Positions 27,239-33,490 of a DNA stretch of 33,490 bases are shown here, piece by piece. The stretch is from Thioploca sp. (GTDB lineage: Bacteria; Pseudomonadota; Gammaproteobacteria; Beggiatoales; Beggiatoaceae): positions 1 to 33,490 of the forward strand of contig DRQV01000070.1 of NCBI GenBank assembly GCA_011371325.1, given 5' to 3'. The notes beneath the pieces were generated by a model. That model did not search any database. It was not told the DNA's origin and saw only the letters and a program-made list of their open reading frames with translations. The position numbers were made by a program, and so were the translations under genes. Each line of letters begins with the position of its first letter. Position 1 is the stretch's first letter.

Positions 27239-28312
27239 TTGTCAAAGCTAAAAGTATTAATTATTGATGATTCTGCCCTAATTCGGCAAATGTTGACAAA
27301 AATAATTAACTCAGCTCACGATATGGAAGTAGTTGGTACTGCTGGTGATCCATATATTGCTAGAAGAAAGATTAAACTGTTAAATCCAGATATCTTGACT
27401 TTGGATATAGAAATGCCACGGATGGATGGTTTGGCTTTTCTAAGTAATTTAATGCGATTACGACCAATGCCAGTTATAATGATATCTGCTTTGACTGAAA
27501 AGGGAGCTAATATAACTTTGCAAGCTTTGGAATATGGGGCTATAGATTTTATTACCAAACCTCAACTTGATATTGTCAATACCTTTGGAGAATATACTGA
27601 AGAAATTATAGCTAAACTTAGAATGGCAGCTAAAGTTAAAGTTCAAGCTCGTTCTATTCATAAAAAACTTGCTATTACTCCTAAATATTCAGCCGATGTT
27701 ATTATCAAAAATACTCCATTACATCATAAATTTGAGACCACAGATAAAATTATTGCTATTGGTGCTTCCACTGGTGGCACTGAAGCAATTAGAACTTTGC
27801 TAAGTCATATTCCGGCTGATACTGCTGGGGTTGTAATTAGCCAACATATTCCAATGAATTTTAGTCGTTCTTTTGCATTAAGGATGAACCAATTGTCACC
27901 TATGACAGTGTATGAAGCTAAAGATAAACAAGCAATTTTACCTGGTCATGTTTACATTGCTCCTGGCGATTCTCATTTATTAGTAAAACGTTGTGGAACA
28001 CGTTATATTTGTTCTTTAAATCAAGGAAAAGCAGTAAATAGGCATCGTCCTTCTGTTGATGTATTATTTCGTTCTGTAGCCCAAAATGTAGGGCCAAATG
28101 CAATTGGGGTAATTTTAACTGGTATGGGAGATGATGGTGCTAGAGGAATTAAAGAAATGCGTGATGCTGGAGCAGTAACGATAGCTCAAGATGAAAAAAC
28201 TAGCGTGGTATGGGGTATGCCTGGTGAAGCGGTCAAACATGGTGGAATAGATCATGTACTTCCTTTACAACATATTGTAGATAAGTTGATGTCTATTTTG
28301 AAAAAAAAATAA
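27239..28312 (+). CDS. cheB: Chemotaxis response regulator protein-glutamate methylesterase CheB
   Basis: TTG start after AGGAG; receiver domain IIDDS and TLDIEMP; esterase motifs GASTGG, QHIP, HRPSVD, LTGMGDDG. Confidence 0.97.
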   Translation: MSKLKVLIIDDSALIRQMLTKIINSAHDMEVVGTAGDPYIARRKIKLLNPDILTLDIEMPRMDGLAFLSNLMRLRPMPVIMISALTEKGANITLQALEYGAIDFITKPQLDIVNTFGEYTEEIIAKLRMAAKVKVQARSIHKKLAITPKYSADVIIKNTPLHHKFETTDKIIAIGASTGGTEAIRTLLSHIPADTAGVVISQHIPMNFSRSFALRMNQLSPMTVYEAKDKQAILPGHVYIAPGDSHLLVKRCGTRYICSLNQGKAVNRHRPSVDVLFRSVAQNVGPNAIGVILTGMGDDGARGIKEMRDAGAVTIAQDEKTSVVWGMPGEAVKHGGIDHVLPLQHIVDKLMSILKKK

Positions 28313-28318
28313 TTTTTA

Positions 28319-28366
28319 TGATAATACTGAGTTCAATAAATTCACTGTTAAACTCAGTATTTATCA
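28319..28366. terminator. Inverted repeat between convergent genes
   Basis: AATACTGAGTT (28323-33) / AACTCAGTATT (28351-61), with outer TGATA/TATCA pairing. Confidence 0.55.
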
Positions 28367-28368
28367 AT

Positions 28369-28881
28369 TTATTTAGGTACTGAAGGAATGTTTTTCATAG
28401 GTGGGGAACGTAATAATTCTAAATTCTTTTCCCGTTCAAAGTTTAACATATGTACAAATTTACCATCTTGTTCTTTCCACCATTGATTCAATGTTGATCT
28501 TACAGTTGTGCCTTCTTTGATAAATCTCATCATCCGTTTAGGTGGATTATGAGATATAAGAACTAACACTTTGTATTCACCATTGTCAAGTGGTTCAACT
28601 TTGGTTATTTTCCATGTGTGAATCTGTAAATCCTTTCTAAAAGACATAAGGTATTCTTTACCTTTCTTCAACTGTTTGCCACTTTCCCAACTTTCATAAG
28701 TATACATTGTATCAAAATCTTGTTTTTTCCAGGCTTCCATATAACCTGCAATGGTATTTTTAAGAGCTGGGTGTTTTTCCACTGGAGATTGTAAAAGTTT
28801 AGCTGGTGGTATCTTTATTTCATCAGCAATACAATAGTTAAAAGACATCAAAATTATAATAGATAAAATTATTTTTTGCAT
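28369..28881 (-). CDS. Exported hypothetical protein, possibly NTF2-like fold
   Basis: Start moved from 28929 to 28881 (AGGA RBS; signal peptide MQKIILSIIILMSFNYCIA). YMEAWKKQDFDTMY and WWKEQDGKF resemble NTF2-like termini (weak). Confidence 0.65.
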   Translation of the reverse strand: MQKIILSIIILMSFNYCIADEIKIPPAKLLQSPVEKHPALKNTIAGYMEAWKKQDFDTMYTYESWESGKQLKKGKEYLMSFRKDLQIHTWKITKVEPLDNGEYKVLVLISHNPPKRMMRFIKEGTTVRSTLNQWWKEQDGKFVHMLNFEREKNLELLRSPPMKNIPSVPK

Positions 28882-28947
28882 AGATTCCTGTTGATTTAGT
28901 AATTGACATAGTAGTTTAGCATAAATCATTTGATCACATTCAACTTA

Positions 28948-30528
28948 TTATTCAATAGTAAATGTAATTGGTCGTTCACCATTAAAAAATATAGTTCCAT
29001 CACCTTCTAATAAACGATAACCTATAAAAATAGTATATAAACCAGTACTAATATTTGAATTACCAGTATAAATAGTGATATTATTTTTTGCTGTTAATTT
29101 AACTCCAGTTTGAGCTACTTTAATATTAGTCAAATCTATTTCTTTATAAGGAAAAAGGAATTTATCTTCACTTTGAACATAATATTTTATTATTTCTGAA
29201 GGTGAAATTTGATAGCCAATGACGACAAATATATCAGCTTTTTTACTAATATGTTTGGCATTAGGAGAAATTTTAATCTGAGCTTTAATTGCTATACTTT
29301 TTTGTTTTTGATTGGTAGTAGTTCCAAGTTTAGCAAATTTATCATTTATCTCCAATCCGCCAAAAAAACTCACATCTTGATTAGGTGCTTTTGAGTTTAA
29401 CACTCCATCTATAATTTGTATCGGAATAGCATTACCTAAAGATGGTAACTCATTGACTTGTTTAGTTATCACTTCATTATTAGTGCGAATCCGAAAAGTT
29501 TGATGACTAACTCCAGCCCATTTTTGTTTATCAAAAGGTATATAATGTCCTTCAACAAAAAAGATATATTCAATATAACCATCATCAGCTATATTCTTTG
29601 AATTAAATGTAAAACTTTTATTAGAACTACGCAAAAAAGAATAGTGACGTTCACAATTTGGTAACATAGCATCTGGCCCGGCTATCCCTAAAAAATCATA
29701 ATAGTCATTTTTATCTTCGGTTAATGCCCGCGTAGTTGGCATACCTTTGTCTATAAAATGAAGATTATTTGATGAACAACTTGCATTTTTTTCGCTGGCT
29801 ATAAGCCGGATAAATACGTTATTATGAAGCTCTGAAGTTAATCCAGCTTCTTGCCAATCAAATGTATCTGATATTTTCGGAGTAACTTTGAATGTAATTT
29901 CTCCTTGTTTAGATATATTAATATCCGTACAGCCATTTATTATTTTTTCATCAATACAATTGGTTTTTTTATATGCAGATGAATTTTCATTATCTATTTC
30001 CACATTAAGAGTAATGACGGGATTCTGATCATCATCAGCAATTCCTTCTCCAACAAAAAGTTTACTTATTTTACCTAATTTAGCTACTGTATATTCAATT
30101 GAACCTTCATCATAACCAACTTTATTAGGAGCATAAAAAAATCCTACAGATGGAGCTGGATTTATTGCAGTAGTTGGATTAGCGTTATTTAAAAGAAAAC
30201 GAGTTGAAGTATCAAATAGCCATAGATAATCGTCTGTTCCATCGTAAGTTTTTTCTGAGCCAGTAAAACCAAAATCATTTAATTCAGAATTGACGTAAAT
30301 ACTACCAGCTTCATTTCCAATCCATTGAATGGAATTTGGATAAACATTAGCAGCTCCAACCAATAATTTTCCACAGTTATACGCTGTTTCTTTTGTATAA
30401 ATTCCAACGGTAGGATTTCTCATATCACAATGATTAATCTTTATTACATCAGCTTCATTTACGGCATTAGCGGAAAATGGTAGCAGAAATAAGATAAATA
30501 TTATTCCGTAATTTATTTTTAAATTCAT
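28948..30528 (-). CDS. Secreted protein: unrecognised N-terminal domain plus shared C-terminal domain
   Basis: Signal peptide ending ANA; GAGG RBS; clear paralog of 30609..33296 without the PKD repeats. Confidence 0.85.
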   Translation of the reverse strand: MNLKINYGIIFILFLLPFSANAVNEADVIKINHCDMRNPTVGIYTKETAYNCGKLLVGAANVYPNSIQWIGNEAGSIYVNSELNDFGFTGSEKTYDGTDDYLWLFDTSTRFLLNNANPTTAINPAPSVGFFYAPNKVGYDEGSIEYTVAKLGKISKLFVGEGIADDDQNPVITLNVEIDNENSSAYKKTNCIDEKIINGCTDINISKQGEITFKVTPKISDTFDWQEAGLTSELHNNVFIRLIASEKNASCSSNNLHFIDKGMPTTRALTEDKNDYYDFLGIAGPDAMLPNCERHYSFLRSSNKSFTFNSKNIADDGYIEYIFFVEGHYIPFDKQKWAGVSHQTFRIRTNNEVITKQVNELPSLGNAIPIQIIDGVLNSKAPNQDVSFFGGLEINDKFAKLGTTTNQKQKSIAIKAQIKISPNAKHISKKADIFVVIGYQISPSEIIKYYVQSEDKFLFPYKEIDLTNIKVAQTGVKLTAKNNITIYTGNSNISTGLYTIFIGYRLLEGDGTIFFNGERPITFTIE

Positions 30529-30548
30529 TATTGCCTCAATTAAAAGTA

Positions 30549-30579
30549 AATCCCATTCAATATGATATTAAATGGGATT
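30549..30579. terminator. Intergenic hairpin between the two paralogs
   Basis: AATCCCATT-C-AATA-TGA-TATT-A-AATGGGATT; followed by TACTTTT on the - strand. Confidence 0.55.
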
Positions 30580-30608
30580 ATTTAAAAAATTTTATAGTAA
30601 AACTTATT

Positions 30609-33296
30609 CTATAAATCAGATGCTTTTAATATTGTGCTATCCCAGACTTGATAAACAATAGGAGTTTCGTTAAATACTATTTTGCCATTATCAATACCAC
30701 TAGTGATTCGATAGCCAACCCAAATAGTTTGAGGTTGAGATAAGTCTCTTGGAAACTGACTAAATGCATCATAAAGACTACCGCTAAAAATATCAATATC
30801 CAAAGTTTGATTTAATATATCTTTTTCATCAGCAGCAACTATATTGACTGGTTTAAGATCCCAAGGAATAAAAGGAGCTGGTTGTTCCACAGTAACATTT
30901 AAGGTTTTCATATACCAATCCTGTAAATCTGGATTATTTGCTGGCCCAACTCTCATGATAATCAATGGTTCAGCTTCCATACCAACATGCTTAGGATCAA
31001 TAGTTACATTGGCTACTATGGACACTAGCGTTGCAACATTAAATTTTTCACCAGTAAAAAATTCATTATTAATTAATATACCACCCTTAAATATTGCTTG
31101 AGTATCTACAGTTCCATCTGGACCAAGTAAGATTCCTTTGCCGCTATCAACTCCTTCTCCTAATAAAGGCAAAAATTCATCAAGATATTTAACTATGCGA
31201 GAAGCACTAGCCATACGGCCATTACTATCTGTAATAACTAAAGTAATTACATATTCATCTTGGCCTGGTTGTTGTAATTCAATTGGCTCTGGTTTGGCTG
31301 AATTAGCAATTTTTTTGTTTTGATAGTCAACTCGCCACCAATAATCAGTAATTTCTGAATCAATCGGAGCAATTGAATCTTTAGCATCAACTGTAATTGT
31401 GTGTAAACCAACAAAATTAATATCAAAACTTGCAAATAAACGTGGTAAAGTTATTATTTTTGATGTCACATCTTTATATCCACTATCATCTGTAACTACT
31501 AATTCTACAACATATTTACCATCACCTGGTAATGGAATTGTTATTTTGCCATTATTGTCTGGTACATCAATATCCGTATTGCTATTTACATCGGTAATAC
31601 GCCATTCATACAACTCAATATTACCATCAATATCTGTTGAAGCGGCAGGATTTAAAGTTAAATATCTAGGATTGTTACCATCTCTTAAATTTATAGCATC
31701 ATCATAAATAATGCTAAAATCCGCTATTGGCGGTTGACTCTGGGCTGAAATAGTAAAAGTTTCCTGATATGTATCAGTTGCTCCGTTATTATCAACTACT
31801 TTTAATATTATAGTATAAGTTCCTGCATCAGGAAAAATTATTTGAGTTTGTTTTGCTTCTGATGAAATTATTTCGCCACCGTTGGCATTCCATGAATAAC
31901 TAATAATAGAACCATCAGTATCATTGGAATTTGATCCATCCAAGGTCATTACCAAACCATTACGTTTTACACTAAAAGTAGCAACAGGTTTTTTATTAGT
32001 AGGATCAATAATTTCAGGTATTTCTTCGGTTGCTAAAACTGTTATTTGTTTTTGAGTAAAATCAGTTAACCCTGTATTATCAGTAACTTTAAGACCTATA
32101 GTATAGGTTCCAACCTGAGAAAAAGTGTGAACAGGTGGTGCTTCTTTAGATGACATAAATACACCATCGCTTGACCATTCATAACTAATTATATTACCAT
32201 CAGAATCAGATGAACTTGAAGCATCTAAAGTAACCTTTAATGGTGCTTCCCCTGTTGATGGAGTAGCATTAATTATTGCAATTGGGGGTTCTTCCCGAGT
32301 TGTTATAATATCATTGCTAGTACGGATTCGAAAAGTTTGATGACTAATACCCGCCCATTTTTGTTTATTAAAAGGTATATAATGACCTTCTACAAAAAAT
32401 ACATATTCAATATACCCTTCGTTGGTGTCTCTTTTATTATTGGCATAAAATTCAAATGATTTGCCTGAACTACGCAAAAAAGAGTAATGACGTTCACAAT
32501 TAGGCAACATGGCATCTGGTCCAGCTATACCTAAAAAATCATAATAGTTATTTTTATCGGTTGATAACGCTTTTGTAGGTTTCATTCCTCGATCTTCAAA
32601 AGCAAAAGTGGTTGATGAACAACCGGTATTTTTTTCAGTGGCTATTAAGTTAATTAATACATTATTATGTGAATCCGGATTAAGGCCTAGTTGTCTTACA
32701 GCATCTTGATTAATGTTTGGAGTAATATTGAATATAACTCTTCCACCTCTAGGTATTGCAACTTCCTGACATCCTGCACCACAGGAAACTTGCTGAATTG
32801 CTCCATTAGATAAATTAATTTCAACTTGTAAAGTTATAGAACTATTATTATCAGCTATTCCTGAACCATTAACTAATTTGGTTATTTTGCCTATAGTTGC
32901 TACTGTATATTCAATACTGCTAGATTCACGGCCTTCAGAACTAGGAGCAAAGAAAAAACCAATAGGTGGAGCTGCTCCATTTGCTTTAGCATTTGCTAAA
33001 ATTAACCGGGTTGAAGTATCAAGATTCCATAAGTTATCTATTGATGAATGATAGGTTTTTTGCCACCCGGTAAAACCATATTCATTTAATTCTGCATTTA
33101 GATAAATACTACCTTCTTGACTTCCAACCCATTGAATACTGTTAGGAAAAACATTAGCTGCTCCTACCAATAAAGTATCACAATTAAAACAGTGTTCAAT
33201 ATTTATCACCCCACCTTCAATAGCAGCAAAAAGAGTATTGGATGACAATAGGAATAACGACAATATTATAGATTTGGTAAAGTTAAATAATCGCAT
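30609..33296 (-). CDS. Secreted protein: unrecognised N-terminal domain, four PKD domains, shared C-terminal domain
   Basis: Signal peptide; PKD signatures TLDASSSSDSDGNIISYEW...GTYTIGLKVTD, TLDGSNSNDTDGSIISYSW...GTYTIILKVVD, STDIDGNIELYEW...YVVELVVTD, ITDYWW...YVITLVITD. Confidence 0.88.
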   Translation of the reverse strand: MRLFNFTKSIILSLFLLSSNTLFAAIEGGVINIEHCFNCDTLLVGAANVFPNSIQWVGSQEGSIYLNAELNEYGFTGWQKTYHSSIDNLWNLDTSTRLILANAKANGAAPPIGFFFAPSSEGRESSSIEYTVATIGKITKLVNGSGIADNNSSITLQVEINLSNGAIQQVSCGAGCQEVAIPRGGRVIFNITPNINQDAVRQLGLNPDSHNNVLINLIATEKNTGCSSTTFAFEDRGMKPTKALSTDKNNYYDFLGIAGPDAMLPNCERHYSFLRSSGKSFEFYANNKRDTNEGYIEYVFFVEGHYIPFNKQKWAGISHQTFRIRTSNDIITTREEPPIAIINATPSTGEAPLKVTLDASSSSDSDGNIISYEWSSDGVFMSSKEAPPVHTFSQVGTYTIGLKVTDNTGLTDFTQKQITVLATEEIPEIIDPTNKKPVATFSVKRNGLVMTLDGSNSNDTDGSIISYSWNANGGEIISSEAKQTQIIFPDAGTYTIILKVVDNNGATDTYQETFTISAQSQPPIADFSIIYDDAINLRDGNNPRYLTLNPAASTDIDGNIELYEWRITDVNSNTDIDVPDNNGKITIPLPGDGKYVVELVVTDDSGYKDVTSKIITLPRLFASFDINFVGLHTITVDAKDSIAPIDSEITDYWWRVDYQNKKIANSAKPEPIELQQPGQDEYVITLVITDSNGRMASASRIVKYLDEFLPLLGEGVDSGKGILLGPDGTVDTQAIFKGGILINNEFFTGEKFNVATLVSIVANVTIDPKHVGMEAEPLIIMRVGPANNPDLQDWYMKTLNVTVEQPAPFIPWDLKPVNIVAADEKDILNQTLDIDIFSGSLYDAFSQFPRDLSQPQTIWVGYRITSGIDNGKIVFNETPIVYQVWDSTILKASDL

Positions 33297-33339
33297 AATT
33301 GGATTAAGACAGGAAAGGAAAAATGGATGTTTAAAACTT

Positions 33340-33365
33340 AAAAAGGGCAGAGATAAAATCTGCCC
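33340..33365 (-). terminator. Intrinsic terminator of the upstream partial gene
   Basis: Minus strand GGGCAGA-TTTTATC-TCTGCCC followed by TTTTT. Confidence 0.75.
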
Positions 33366-33418
33366 ATAAAACTCGGTAAATATAAAGAGGTCAGAAATAC
33401 CCCTTTATAAATTTAAAA

Positions 33419-33490
33419 CTAGTTAGCTGGTCCAGCACCTCTGTGCATTGGACGCCATTGTTCATACTCTGATTCAGAAGCTTTTTCAAA
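33419..33490 (-). CDS. 3' end of a gene entering from beyond the window (unidentified)
   Basis: Open frame FEKASESEYEQWRPMHRGAGPAN* ending at TAG 33419-21, followed by a terminator. Confidence 0.6.
   Translation of the reverse strand, partial: FEKASESEYEQWRPMHRGAGPAN

Noticed and set aside
711-31707. Short overlapping ORFs in the track (711..896, 2613..2924, 4273..4512, 11722..12075, 12160..12372, 18291..18733, 19486..19701, 20083..20265, 24019..24210, 27316..28103, 29209..29394, 30844..31707)
   Set aside because: They are antisense or off-frame shadows of well-supported genes, with no recognisable motifs.
33178-33200. HCFNC in the 895-aa protein as a heme c attachment site
   Set aside because: The His precedes the CxxC rather than following it, and the paralog has the two Cys far apart; a disulfide is more likely.

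Overview
AT-rich gammaproteobacterial chromosomal segment. Gene content and protein style suggest a large sulfur bacterium of the Beggiatoaceae/Thiotrichales; this is inference, as no marker gene is present. Housekeeping genes (manC, hscB, iscA, serC, a YhhQ-type transporter, htpG, smpB, galU, cysM, family-4 UDG, amtB, speA) are mixed with several unusual elements. (1) A two-subunit heme-copper enzyme that looks like a ba3 oxidase but has Gln in place of the cross-linked active-site Tyr (GHSSQQ), i.e. a probable eNOR-type nitric oxide reductase. It comes with a divergent heme A synthase, a perfect FNR/DNR box at -41.5 to a candidate -10, an unannotated 49-aa membrane ORF and a subunit-IIa-like helix fused to subunit I; a stand-alone nirF lies nearby. 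(2) A 49-aa GlnK with an in-frame internal deletion, still coupled to amtB. (3) A candidate ~64-nt sigma54-dependent sRNA with an anti-Shine-Dalgarno motif and terminator, divergent from glnK-amtB. (4) A decayed IS630 left end. (5) A TPR-CHAT protease with a possible signal peptide. (6) A stand-alone CZB protein divergent from STAS-cheR-cheD-cheB, with no cheA/W/Y or receptor. (7) Tandem secreted paralogs sharing an unrecognised ~300-aa domain and a common C-terminal domain, one with four PKD repeats. No rRNA, tRNA or CRISPR array was seen. All calls come from reading the sequence; no searches were run.
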